A DNA stretch of 64,000 bases from positions 442,353 through 506,352 of the forward strand of contig JAKMXF010000055.1 in assembly GCA_024704765.1 (NCBI GenBank). Reading direction: 5' to 3'. Origin of the DNA: Oopsacas minuta. Taxonomy: Eukaryota > Animalia > Porifera. Positions 26,950-40,434 of the stretch are shown piece after piece. The translations under genes and the position numbers were made by a program. How positions within the stretch are numbered: position 1 is the stretch's first letter; every line of letters begins with the position of its first letter. The notes under the pieces were generated by a model. That model saw only the letters and a program-made list of their open reading frames with translations, had not been told where the DNA came from and did no database searches.

Positions 26950-29100
26950 GAGATCTCATACATGTCTCATACATAGTTTATGAGGAGACACACTCGTGTA
27001 GAGTTTTCAATGAATTCATACTAAAGTTACTCCATCTACAAACATAGGCCAGTTGCTCATAACGAATTCCTGCTCTGCCAATAAACACATTATGACCTGT
27101 TTCCAAGTTCAAATTGAACGCCTCGCCAATTCTCGACCGAATTACGTACCTTATCAGATTATCTTCGAACACAACTGACGCCATACTTCACCACATGTTT
27201 GCTGAATTCCAGCATGAGTATTGCAATGCACAGCTTAGATAACCACATATGGCCTCTCGAACTACGAATTAATCGTTTTTGTAAATCAACCATCAATTAT
27301 TTGCATCCCCATTACTTTAGAGGATGTTCCTCGGGTATCCTGACATGAGCCTCTAATTTATACATAATGGTTCATGGTTCATGTCTTCTCAAAGTCAAAT
27401 AATATTTTATAATGTAAAATATTGTATACATGTCACTTCAAGAACTCTTCTTCGTCTTAAATATTCAGATCAAATCCAACCTTTGTTGTGAGAAAGAAAA
27501 TCTCCATGTCGGTTACCATTAGCATTCAATATTAAACTTCGTAATCAAAAGACTCTAATTCCAATAATACAGAAATTTTCGAACGTGGATCTGGTTGTAT
27601 TTGCATCCATTGCATTGGATTGCGATCAGGCCAAAAAAATTACTCATGGCGCAGGTTGCAGTAGGTTTTCTACTTTCTGAAAGATCCTATCATCGTCAAG
27701 CCTCCAACTTCCACGCGAATCCTGGGTATGTTTTCAGTGGTCCTCACTCTACTGACCCTTCTTTCATCCAAATTCGAATCCGTGCCCGAGATAATCATAC
27801 TGAAGCATCGTCTACAAAAGCAAAATACTCGGATGATTATTGAAATTAATCCGTACCCATTGAAGACTTTAGAGGCGATTCTTCCCCGACAAATGAAAAG
27901 TGACAGGATAAGGCTTGATGTATCTAATATTTTTAAGCCTCTTGCCACTGAAGCCTTTGAGGTTTTGCCGGACATTTATCAGATATATATGTAGCGTTCT
28001 TTTCAAATGAGATATACTCTTTGCAATCAATGGAGATAGGTCTACCACTTCCAAATTTCCTTTCAAAGAGAACATTTCTTCGAGAGTGAAATTAATCTTA
28101 AACAGTCGATAAAGAGTCGCTTACAACACGTGATAGTTCTTTATCTAAGTATTTCCTACCATCTTAAAATACAAAGATGTTTTTACACTCTTCGATTTCT
28201 GGGATCTCAATTGAAATATGGTAGTCAGAGAACAGAAAAATGGATTACGGATTATGCTAAATAAATAAGAGTAAACATATTTACGATGACGTAATTACAA
28301 TTGAAGTAATTTAAAAATACCTTGGAAACGTTGGCAAGAGTGATACTTTATTCATAACTATCATGTAAACATTATTGAGGGGATTTTTAACCATTAATTA
28401 TCAGAGACAGTTAGTAATTATTGTATAATAATACTTTACAATCATAATTTAGTGTCTCTAAATGTTTGTCATTTGTATTCAAGTAACGTAACCCCACTAT
28501 TTTCATTGAACTAACATCTTTCGGTTCGCGAAAATTATCAGGAACGTAACCGCAGCAAACGATGAGGGTTCAGTGTATTTAGAGATGATCCAGCTTCTTT
28601 CTTTTTGCGAGTCGCCTCCCATTCCTGAATTTTGAGTCTTGTTAGAAAGCATTACACTCTTGAACAACAGCCAACCTGATCAAAGTCCTGACTCAGTATT
28701 TCCAAAGGTATACCTTTCTCACAAAGCACTACTTTCACTGTCAAAATAAATCAACTTGCTTGAGCGTTGTCTATCTCAAATATTTCCCCCAGCCAATCTT
28801 TAACGATATCCTGTACAGCAGTCGGTAAGTGACAAATTAGCACCATATAGTCCAGCTTCATGCGTGTACTAGAGATATCAGCTTTGTCTTTAAAATTATA
28901 AAATTATCGTCGATATGTAACCCAGGTTCCAAATTTTCGGTGCAAATAGAGAGATATCTCTACCTGGGTCTATAGGAAGATCAATTTCTTGATTATTGTT
29001 TCCAGGGATTCTTCCAACCGTTCTGTCCCTGATACTACAACGGAACACAACATTTTCTCTAATCAAATATGGCGTAATTATCCTGGGACATATCAACAGT
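26950..29100 (-). mobile_element. Highly degraded Ty3/Gypsy relic (gag, RT, integrase fragments)
   Basis: gag-like FKDKADISSTRMKLDYMVLICHLPTAVQDIV (~28880-28780), RT-like NRL*SLQWVRIN..YDYLGH (~27880-27780), integrase-like ASVVFEDNLIRY..RAGIRYEQLAY (27184-27040), colinear on the minus strand. Confidence 0.4.
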
Positions 29101-30125
29101 TTATGAATGCCTTTACTCTCCTAACCCTAACAATGGAATAACTACTGCGCTAAAGAGAGGTACAAACTCACGAATCAAACGAAATTTTTGTAGGAGAGGA
29201 ATGACTAAGTTAGGAAGAGTACAATGGAAATCTTGGTTGGTCCCTCCGCCTCTTGATTAATAATCTCTTCAGTCCAATTCTTCTCCTGACAATCCAAAAT
29301 ACACTATTAAGTGCCGGAAGATGAAATTTGTATTTATGTCATGAAATCAGTTAGCAGAAAAGGTAATTTGCCCTCTATTACCTTCGTAAAAATTCATTAC
29401 AAATGAGAAGTTCCCTTACCTGTCCACCGCTCCGCCGACCGCGAGCTTGATGAAAATGGAAAATCCTGACCTATACAAGTACGCAATACTCAACTGCACA
29501 GTGTGGAAAACTGGGGATTATGGGGAAATTGGGATTAATAGAAATAACATTTAGATTACCAGATGTAGTAAACGAGACTATAGTCTCTTAAAATCTTTAC
29601 TTTTCCATAGCATATCTGTAATGAAGTAATTTATAGGTTTTGGTTTGGATTTGATATTTAGGTGTCAAGTTTATATTAGGAAAGTATTTCATGTAAATTG
29701 TACATCATACATATTAATTAATTAAACTACTGAAAAAGGCGTATTAATAAGTCAGTTTAAATTTGGTTTATGCAATAAAAACACACTAATTAAGCAAACT
29801 AGCGATATCGATTTCATTATGTAAAAAGCTTTTCACAAAATGAAATTGCATCCGCATTGCTGTTAACCCTTCTACACAATTTTAAGAAAATTTAGTCAGG
29901 ATCCTCCCTTCGGTCTTGAAGTAATTAAAGAATTAGCATAATATCCTTATGTAATATATATAATAACAACTATGATTACACTTTAGTATAATTACAGCTA
30001 CAATTTAAAACTAAACATATCACAAATTAGTTTTCAGTGGTCAGATACACCTAGGATTAAAATAATAGAAATTCAAATATATACAGCTAAATAAGTATAT
30101 ACTTTGTTCTTTATGTATTGATATA

Positions 30126-31249
30126 CTCTAAGTGGACAAAAGTATTTCAAAACACAAATATATTGTCATAAATTGTATACTCTTTCCCGCTCCCATATAT
30201 TGTGTAGTCTATATTCGTAGCTGCTATGTAGTAATTTGTATAGAATAACATATGTTTTTCAAGAATTTCAAAAAAATATTTTCGATTTACACTTTTGGAA
30301 GGTGTTAATTATTAATAATTATTAGATAATTATTGATAATCAAAATACGTGGTATTTCAAAGCCTATTAAGAATCTATGATTTCTGACTTGATATTTGAA
30401 TTCTACGTAGGTGAGTTACCCCATATTGAAATTTCCAATCGGATTGAACAATTTTTACTAAAGTTATAGAAGAAATTCAATTTGTCCTACTTGTGCCACT
30501 TTTTAAAAAAGGGGCACAGGTGGCAGGAAAAGCGCCACTACAAGGAAGGCAACTAGGGCCAGGAGGAATAAGTCGAATTAATATTTTCGAATGATATGAC
30601 CATGCTAACCGTTGAATTCCATCATAACCTCTTGGTAGCGGCCACTTGTGCCACCTTGGGCAAAAGGTGGCACAAATGGCACAAATTGAAATTCATCTAT
30701 AACTCTGGTAAAAATTGTTCAATCTGATTGAAAATTTCAATATGGGGTAACTCGCCTACGTAGAATTCAAATAGCAAGTCAGAAATCATAGATTCTTAAT
30801 AGGCTTTGAAATACCACGTATTTTGATTATCAATAATTATCTAATAATTATTATCATTAACACCTTCAAAAAGTGTAAATCGAAAGTATTTTTTGAAATT
30901 CTTGAAAAACATATGTTATTCTATACAAATTACTACATAGCAGCTACGAATATAGACTACACANNNNNNNNNNNNNNNNNNNNNNNNNNNNNNNNNNNNN
31001 NNNNNNNNNNNNNNNNNNNNNNNNNNNNNNNNNNNNNNNNNNNNNNNNNNNNNNNNNNNNNNNNNNNNNNNNNNNNNNNNNNNNNNNNNNNNNNNNNNNN
31101 NNNNNNNNNNNNNNNNNNNNNNNNNNNNNNNNNNNNNNNNNNNNTACATAGCAGCTACGAATATAGACTACACAATATATAGGAGCGGGAAAGAGCATAC
31201 AATTTATGACAATATATTTGTGTTTTGAAATACTTTTGTCCACTTAGAG
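30126..31249. mobile_element. Foldback MITE with about 375-bp arms and Tc1-like ends
   Basis: TA|CTCTAAGTGGACAAAAGTATTTC ... GAAATACTTTTGTCCACTTAGAG|TA; arms highly similar; about 155-bp core with GTGGCACA/TGTGCCAC motifs. Confidence 0.9.
30964..31144. other. Assembly gap (181 N), probably false
   Basis: The 30 nt before the gap (30934-30963) are identical to the 30 nt after it (31145-31174), and the left arm has only one copy. Confidence 0.9.
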
Positions 31250-31634
31250 TATTATGGGCTGGAGAAATTCAATGAGAAGAATATCTTTTAGATTGAAAAA
31301 GATTAGAAAATTCACTACTATGTTGATAATTCCACTCTCTAGAAAAATGTATGATATTTTTCCTGCGGTTTCCACATCAGACCTCTCGAAAAACTCAAAT
31401 ATATCGGATTTTGAAAGAATGCCCACCATTACTCACCATTGACTCACTGTCAACTGCCATCATTGAGATAAATGCACGTAAAAAATGTTTCATTTAAATA
31501 ATTATTGGCATTCGATTGTGTACGAACAGCGTCAGTATGGAAAAATTGCAAACATACCTCCCCAAAGAGTGTCATTGGGGCGGCACGTGCTGACACTGTA
31601 CGCTATAGAAAAAGAGAACAGATTAAAATTAATA

Positions 31635-32968
31635 CACAAGGGTATTCAATATATACTAAACACTGTATACTTTGAATGAATCGCTGTTCTAAGCTAGCAT
31701 TTCTAAGTGCAAACTTATAGAACCAAATGTAACTTTCTACCAAATCTTAGAGAGAGTTGATCACTTGAATATTTCCCAAGTTCAGTTTATTTAGAAATTT
31801 AAATTTTCTCCTTTGGATTTTTCACGGATTCTTGTCCAAATTTTTCGGAACTTGAACAACGAACGGACATCAACTTTTGCAACATTCTCTAAATCCCTCC
31901 AAAGTCTATTCATCACGAATTGACAACGATATATGGAGAAGATGCTCTATCGTATTCAATATTCATAAAGTGGCTGAGCCTATTTAGGGAAGGTAGGACC
32001 TATGTCCTAGACGCCCCTCGTCCTGGAGCACCAAAACTGGTGACAAACAGCAACAAATTGAGTGAAGTAAAGGAATATGTGGCGTCTTTTTCCGTATTCT
32101 TCGGGTAGGGAGGTAGCTAAATATGTTGGAATTTCAGCGGGAAGTGCCCACACAATTTTGAAGGCGGATTTAGAACTGAGGAAGTTCCAGGTGCGATGGG
32201 TGGCACTTTGCTGAACTTTTCCACAAAAGGCCGCTAGACTCGAAATGGCTAAGGAAAACCTTGAAATTTCTGAAGGGAGTTACCCTAAGCGGTTAATAGA
32301 GATAGTAACAGGTTATGAAGCACGAATACAATTCAAACCACCCATCAGAAAACAAGACAGCAGGATATGGCTAAAGAATGGAGAGGTACCTCCAGCTGTT
32401 TTGTGTCCGAGTCCCGTACCCCGAAGGTCTTGTACTGAATATTTTTCGATGGTATAGATCCTGTGGCACAAATCCCTATTCCTAATGGTCAGATACTCAC
32501 AGGAAAATTTTACGCTGATGTGGTGATGCCTGAGGTCAAAAGGTTATATCTGAAGCGTCGTCCAAAGACTGGAACTCGTGGTCTGAAAATTTTGTACGAT
32601 AATGCTAGACCGCATAAATCATTAGCTGTAAGGCAAAGAATTAAAGAAATGAGATTGCACGAAGTTCCACACCCACCTTACTCCCCTGACATAGCCCCAT
32701 GTGACTCCTGGCTGTTAGAAAACTCAAAGATAACCTCTCCGGACGCGAATTTGGGAGATCGGCTTAGCCTTGGTCGGGTAATTTACAGATACCTAGAAGC
32801 CATACCCAAGGATGAGTACAGGAAGACCTTAGAAAATTGGATTAAAAGGCTAAATTCAGTTGTAGCGTACAAGGGAGGCTACTCTGAACATTCATAGCAA
32901 AATCACAAACTTAACACAAGGATTTATAGTTTTAGCATGGTATGATTAGTATTTTTTGAATCCCATGT
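31635..32968 (+). mobile_element. Full-length degenerate mariner (DD34D type)
   Basis: TIR-like ends ACAAGGGTATTCAATATATACTAAACA / ACATGGGATTCAAAAAATACTAATCA; DAPRPGAP, IVTGYEA (D1 lost), LYDNARPH, HPPYSPDIAPCD, KGGYSEHS*. Confidence 0.85.
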
Positions 32969-32970
32969 TA

Positions 32971-34280
32971 CAGGGTGCGCAAAAGTTCTGTCCCAAACCT
33001 AATTTGAAATTTCTCATAAACCCATTAACAGATCTAGCTAATTCTTTGCTAGATCATTTATTACTTATGTTGAATTTAAAATAAGATATTATTGTTCAAT
33101 ATAGCCACCTTTCTTACTTACCACAGCTTGGAGTCTAGTCCTAAATTGGTATACGGCGCGCCGGAAGTGATCCTGAGGTATTTTCAGCCATTCTTGCTGC
33201 AAGCAAGCCTTGAGAGAGCTAATATTTGCGTGAGAACTTGCGCATACCTTCTGCTCCAAGATGGACCAAACAGAATAGTCCATAGGATTCAAGTCCGGAC
33301 TGGAGGGTGGCCATTCCTCTTTAGAAATGAAGTCTATTTTTTGATCTGGGAACCACTGTTGGGTAGCGTTAGCTGTATGAGCTGGAGCTCCATCCTGCTG
33401 GAAGGTCCAACTCGTATTTCCAAAGTTCTTACAACCGAAACCCTTCACTTCAGCATCCAGAATGAGTTCACGATAGGTTTTCGAATTGATTTTCACACCA
33501 GACGGAACAAAAATAAGATTAGTCCGGGAGTCTGCGAAGATTCCCCCCCATACCATGACCGAAGCTGGCTTTTGCCTTCTCGGTGTGAATCGAAGTTATT
33601 CTGGGATGTCTTGGACGCTGTTTGAGATGATACGATCATTCTGAGGGTTGGAAACCTCTTGAATCGTGAACAATTTCTCATCAGAGAACACTATTTTGTT
33701 CACGACTGATTGGCCGGCACGCGATAACAGACATCGACTTCTTTGCAGCCACTTTTCTCTAATGGCCTTTGTAAGCATGTGAACTTTCCTGCGCTTGAGA
33801 GACTTTAACCCTAGGTCATCGTGCACTACGCGTCCAATGGATCTAGAGCTTATTCCAAAGTCACGAGACATTTTCCGCATGGAACGCTGGGGATTTCGGA
33901 CGATTCTTTTCTTTAACTTCGCCTTTAGTTCTCGTGTCCTTACATTACGCGGACGGCCACTCCGAGCTCTGTCTTTCAAGCTTCCAGTCTCCTTGTATCT
34001 CTGGATAGTACGATATATCAACTTTCTACCCACGTTCTTGCTCTGAAGAATTTTCAAAATCTCGCCTGGGGACTTCTCTGCACGAAATAATTCTAAAATT
34101 TGTGACCTTTTGGCTTCCATGTCTCTAATTAAAAATATTTGTCAGTAATAGAGAGAATGCTTTAGTACTTCAGTAAACATACATCAATGTAGATTATGGG
34201 CCTATAAGGTTTCAATTATTCCACTATAGCTATGTATAATTGATTGTCAAACAATGGGACAGAACTCTTGCAGCACCCTG
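32971..34280 (-). mobile_element. Full-length maT (DD37D) element, 1310 bp
   Basis: TIRs CAGGGTGC(T)GCAA(A/G)AGTTCTGTCCCA with TA TSDs. Confidence 0.95.
33089..34120 (-). pseudogene. DD37D transposase, catalytic triad intact, one in-frame stop at about 33596
   Basis: VFSDEKLF, FQQDGAPAH, SPDLNPMDY with 37 aa between D2 and D3; ORFs 34120-33596 and 33556-33089 are in the same frame. Confidence 0.92.
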
Positions 34281-35984
34281 TAAATACTTAATCACTCCTA
34301 ATTGTCGCACCCTAGAGAAATCCAACGGATACATTCTACATTAGAGACAATGTATTCTGTGTTAAAAAAGCACAATCCAAACATATTGCCGGTAAACACT
34401 GATTGGATGATAGCCGAAATATAATTTAAAGCAGTTGCGAAAATACAAATTTTGGGAACATGTTTGCATATTACTAGTGGAAAAAACTTGAATTCCAAAA
34501 CCAGATGAATGAATTGACAAATATGGGAGTATTTAATATTGTTTGCCATAAAATAGAATATAGCATATGGCGTGAAGAATCTCTGAAACCATGACCATTA
34601 AGAAAAATATAGTGAAATACAAAGTAAGATATCTAGTAAAAAAGAGAATGGTATATTGATTTATGCTAGAATTTTAGAATACATGCCAAAAATACTAGAC
34701 CAAATATATCAGTACCAAATGAACATATCCCAACAATCTCAAAAGGAGATAAAATTCCAGACAGTTGATGCAGAATGTTGTCCATGTACTCTTTCATACC
34801 AGGCGGATTAGTGACCATGACATTCTAGAAAAGTGTAAGGATTCGGACAGCCAGAAAGAAAAGAATATATCCTCGGATGATATCCAACATTTGGACAAAT
34901 CATGCTAAAAAGAACATAGCTTATGATGATCTCTCTGACAATGGATATAGAATATAAGATGACGGACATAACGTCAGGATAGAATAACTGCAATTGTGTA
35001 CTGGCATAAGTTGATGCAATACAGATGCACGTTATGGCCGTCATAAGAACATGTCTAGAAAATGAACAAATTTTGGTATTAACAAGTCCGATATGTGATA
35101 CTCACTTGTACTACAAACTAAATATGTTTAATCCGTCTTCAAGGAAGATGTATTATGTATAATACGTATTATAAGTTCAATCTCAATTTTGGTGTCGTAA
35201 TATATATTAGGCTGATTTCTACAATAAAAATTTTGTGTCAAAATAGTAGTTCTCTAATTGTTAACGAGAAACCTAAGCACAATTTACCAAATTTTATGAT
35301 ACTTGAAATAATGTGACATATACAAGTCTAACAGTGCCAAAATCTGATACTTCGATATTAACAGACGTATAATACGTACAAATAAATAACGTAAAAGGTA
35401 TTATACGTCATATATGTATTACTCACCTTAGCTACAAACAGTTTAAAAGAACTATCCTGGTATACGAGCAATATGCAACTCACGACGATGTTGTGAAAAT
35501 GGTTATCAGGTGTATAGATTGGTACCCAGATACATAAGGCTACATAAATATATTACTTAGTTCTCAAGCGGAATCCCTTCAGAAACTGGGAAGCGGAGTA
35601 AAATATCGAATTTTTCTAATTTACAAGTGATAAAATGTAGATTGCACAATATGTGATCAGAGTTTTCCATAAATTTGGAAAATGAAAATAGAACTTTCCA
35701 ATGGGAGGGGACAATTTTGGGACAGGCGAGAATGAGAAACAAATATATTCCTTTAGATGGCCTAAAGAGAAATTTTCAGAATAAATAAGAATCCTACCAA
35801 TATATTCCATATCAATCTCCGGACGGAAAGAGTAGGTATTTTCTCACAAACATCCCTCGCTGATGTAGGGAAGCAATTGCTAATCAGAAACTTATTTAAT
35901 CCCTAAAACCTTGCAGTATATAAATTTTTGTATTACTTTTGTCAATGAAATCAAGACATGATATTTATGTACTTCATAAAACGA

Positions 35985-37317
35985 CTAAGGCGTTCAATAA
36001 GTCTTGTGGGTGATATCATAGAATATAATACAAACACTATATACACTAATTCACTATATTGTTGATTCAAAGTAATCCCCTCCTGCAGATACACAAAGTT
36101 TTAACCTTTCCGCCAACTTATGAAACACATTTCTGTTCTCTTCTTCGGGACGGATTTGAAGTACTGGTACAGGCCCGTTCAGAGTGCTTGTAATTTGTTA
36201 AAATCTTTGCCTTGAAGGTAGATTTTAAGCTTGGGGAATAGCCAAAAATCACACACAGCTAGGTTTGGTGAGTGTGGTGGATGGGGAAGTAATTCTAACC
36301 CTTCTACATCCAAGAACTTTTGGTAAGCTTAGCTTTATGGGAACTGGTGTTAGCAATTAAAATCTTCATTCCTCGAGTTCTGGTTTTTGGGTGGTACTTT
36401 TCTATATTTTTTATCAAATTTGGAAGCACTTGCTCCGTAAAGAAAGTAGCAGTAACAGCCTTGCCACTCTCACAAGGTAATTGCAAAACAATTTCATGAC
36501 TACTGAAGAAGATGGTATACATAATCTTAGGTTTTTTGCAGTCGGGCCTAGGAATTTTTGCCGGTTGTTCGTCGTCCCTCACCCATGAGCGCTTCTTATA
36601 TTTGCTATATGGTGTTGAATAGTACACCCACGTCTTGCCACCAGTCATAATCTCTGTTAGGCGTCTAGAATCGCAGTTCTCATAAGTTTCCAAGAGTTTC
36701 TTGGCAATATTCAGTCGTGCCAACCTTTGATTCTCACTGAGCATATGTGGTACCCATTTACCACAAATCGATCGGTAGCCAAGCTCAGTCGTCAGAATTG
36801 TATGAATAGCTCCCGATGAAATCTCCATACTTTGTTCTAACTGATTTACAGTAATGCACTTGTCTTCCATGACCATACTTTCAATGAGTACGATATTCTC
36901 TGAATTAGTGCCGGATGCAAGTCTTCCAGATGGAGGAAAATCTGTGACATCAGCACCGCCAGATCTAAAACTGGCAACCCATCGCTCTACAGTAGATCTG
37001 GAAGGGCAATTCACGCACAGTATCTCCTGTAACTCACTGAAGATCTGGACGGGCTGGGTCTTGAGTATTGTGCGAAACTCTATGTAAGCTCGCCATTTGA
37101 GGTTGAAATTATCATCCATTGAAGCCATAAATTCAACAGTGGGTATAAATTGACTACCCGTAACTATCTCAAAAATTCATAATTTGTATTGAATAAGCTT
37201 GAAACTTTCAGTATATGGAATTTAACTATATGGGCTGATAATATATGAAAGTTAGATATACTACTTGAATAATTCCTGAGATATAACGTGACCAGCAAGA
37301 AATATTTAACGCCCAGA
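35985..37317 (-). mobile_element. Mariner element, copy A of near-identical inverted pair
   Basis: 3' TIR CTAAGGCGTTCAATAAGTCTTGTGGG at 35985; degenerate 5' TIR ending 37317 followed by TA. Confidence 0.95.
36304..37128 (-). pseudogene. Mariner transposase, 274-aa ORF, D1 and D2 lost, frameshift before D3
   Basis: WVPHML linker; MTGGKTWVY (cf. GDETW); LIANTSSH (cf. HDNAxxH); PHPPHSPNLAVCDFWLFP lies in another frame after the stop. Confidence 0.92.
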
Positions 37318-37949
37318 TATATCACACGAAATAGCTTGTCTAAGTATTAACTGCATGCAATAATGGGAGAATTTTACTGAGTCCACAGTTGTCAAACAAG
37401 TGGAAATAGAGTGTAGATATTATACCTATAAATCCTACAAAAAATACAAGAGATATATATATGTACCATGTTCTAAAACCTAGAAACCTAAGTAAATGAA
37501 TTTGTAGTAACTACTTTCCAATTTACAACTAATGTTGCTGCTCATAACTGTCATCCTTCTATTTCAAAATCAGGTATTGTACTACCAGGGTGATGATTAT
37601 TTCATCATGATATGTTGTTCTGTATGTATTCTACCTATATAACTCAAATGTAGAAAGTAATTTATCATCCGATTCTCTCAATATTTTAGTTTGTGACTTG
37701 AGGACTTCACTCGAGATCGAACGAAATAATTTACCAACTTAGTCTAAAAACCTTTGTGAGCAGTGGTGAGCAAAAGTTTCCTAATTGATATTTACTATCT
37801 TACAATACTAGCATAATTTACGATAATTTCCAGACAGATCCCTAAATCAATTATTATATAAATTATTGACATCCTAATATTTATTCGTAAATGTATAAAG
37901 AATTAATTTACACAATATATGTTACTATACTGTGTACTTCTTTAAGTGA

Positions 37950-38740
37950 ATAAACAGAATCCAAGGTTCATTTGACATCTACTTTCTTCAATTCGAGCTT
38001 GTTCTACAGAGTGTATCATTGTCTCCAAAACCAGGATGTGATTTTTATACCATTATCAAAAGTTTCGGGAACTGAAATCTGCCAGAGAAACCTTCTTAAA
38101 GGAACCGATTTATCCAACTGAAGAAGTATGCCCTTTTACTCATGCTCCATTGACCCTTTCTCAAAAGATGAGAACTTCTCAAGATAACACTCTTTGAAGC
38201 CGAAATTTCTAATTACTCTAGAAAACCATTTTCTCAATTACTAACAAGGAATTGAAATTCAATTATCTTCTCTAGTGAATCACATCGAAACCTTAGCATT
38301 AAAGGTGTTAATAGAAGGACAATTGCATTATATGGCCTACAGTTGGTTTCTAGTTCTCAGCGTGATTTCGCAACAGCTTCCTCCTGTAGAGAGATGATTT
38401 CAGAGCGCACATTTGGTTGGGTTAGCCAAATCCTTCCTATTAACAAATCAGCTTTCCTCCCCGACCTACTCCAGATAGGACAGTCAAAATATATGAGTTT
38501 AACCTACGGTTTCCTGCTACCGTACAAAAATTACAACATCAAATATAGAGCATTATTGGAATACGCATTACATATGTCAGAATGTACAACAGACTGTGAC
38601 AAGATTACTTCTGACGCTTCGCAAATACATGAAACTAAATTTCCTTTAAGCATTAAATTCTCAGATGGGTTAGACGTTCCTGGTTCTTACGAAGTCTATA
38701 TATAACTAACTTCAGATAACTCCCATTATCAATCCTGAAA
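37950..38740 (-). mobile_element. Possible LINE (CR1/L2/jockey-like) RT relic
   Basis: Broken frames EPGTSN..LMLK, TNCRP..SLEKII, FFSWINRFL, in the order of KAPGPD / NYRPI / WIxxFL. Confidence 0.35.
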
Positions 38741-40434
38741 TTTCTTCTTTTTTGCCTCTATGATTTTCTCTATTAAAGAATCCTCTAACTGTGAAATCTT
38801 AGTAAACCCAACTCCAAATATTTATTTACAAATTATACTTATCGCTGATTAGCGATGAAAGAATACGATAGAAGGGAAAACATATAATGGGTACCCAGAT
38901 CCATACCGAAACAACATCGACAGAACAACAAGGATTTGAGTTAAAACATAGTGGTACAATTAGAGTGAAAGTACTTCGCACTATTTTCTAAGGGAAAATA
39001 TCAGGCATTCTTACAGGTGCATCATGTGCGAAATCTCAACTGCACTGATACTTAGGATCAAATACATGACCTAGAATTAGCTAAATCTGGTTTTCGCATC
39101 AGCTGCCAAAGAGATATTTTTCATTTTAACAATAATAGTGTGTATCACGGCCACATTCATAAAGATTTGACTTAACAAATGAGCATTTCTACGATTGGAC
39201 ACTATTTCTGCTTCATTCTTTCACTCTTACAATTGTGGTTCAAAATCGCGATTTTTTGAAAAGATACGATTGAATCTCTCTCATTTTGGGTATCTTTGGC
39301 TGTTGCAGAGAAATTGATATAGACTAACTTTAATTTGTTTGCCATGAAACGTATGTGTTTATACTAACACAGTTTCCGTGGGTTATAATTAGTCTATCGC
39401 AAAATAAACTAGTTTATAGGACCAAACTGATTAGAGAATGTAACAATATATGCGGTTTGAGAAATCCTTCAGAAGAGGAACTTGAATCTTACAATATATT
39501 CATTCGCATGTACCGTGAGCACCTAGCTTATAAGCTACAATTGTTTCCAAAACGAGGACATCATGGTGCGTCTTCTCTCCCTAAGTTATCCCATACTTAA
39601 CACTTCCCGAAATCTGAATAAATGCAAGAAGCGTGGGAATTGAGATACAATTGCAAACTTAAATGCAAAACTAGTAATAAACTAGAACAAGATCAATTAC
39701 TCGAACTTCTTAGGATGATCTAATGTTTGTATTAGTGAGTTGTTAATTAAATTATTATCATTAGATACAAATTTAATAGTTAGAATTGAGGACAAAAAAT
39801 ATGAATTAGATACTGTGCAATATTGAACCCGTCATTCTGTGTGGAAGAGCATTGTCACATATGCCAATAATACATTATTTATGGCTAAGAACTGAAGAAA
39901 TCCCAATTTCCACTCGATCAGCACATTTTGCTCACCGTGGATTCGAACCATAAATTTCTTACACGATTTCTTTCGAAATATCGTATTTTTTTCTGGCGTA
40001 ATTTAATACTCATATTACAAAGAATATGGATTTACAAGCAATTTTGAAAGGTTTATTATTACTATCATATTTTCTTACTACATTTTCCTCCAAAGAAATA
40101 GTATACAAAAACGATTTGGACTGCAATTAGAACGCAGGCTGAATCAATTATCATTATTGATAATGCATGAACTTGAACACAATAACTGACAGGTCCTCGG
40201 CTAAATGGAATCCCTGAACATTTTGAGTCAATCCCCGGATGATTGGACAAGTTGCAGCATCTCAACCTTGGAGGGAATCCACAGATTCCTCGGGGGTATG
40301 GACAAGTGAGTTAAGAAACTAAATATGGGCATAATTTAATATTGACTGACATAAATTAAATTGTATCCTATAACTATAAATCGGAAAAAGATTAAAGCAA
40401 CTATCACCAAACAAAAGTACAGGGTGTCCCATAA

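Noticed and set aside
29498-29520. Isolated CACAGTG heptamer
   Set aside because: No partner TIR, nonamer or transposase nearby; expected by chance.
39925-39955. Perfect B box GGTTCGAATCC on the minus strand (tRNA or SINE)
   Set aside because: No A box or cloverleaf upstream; the same applies to the B-box-like strings near 51922 and 59180.
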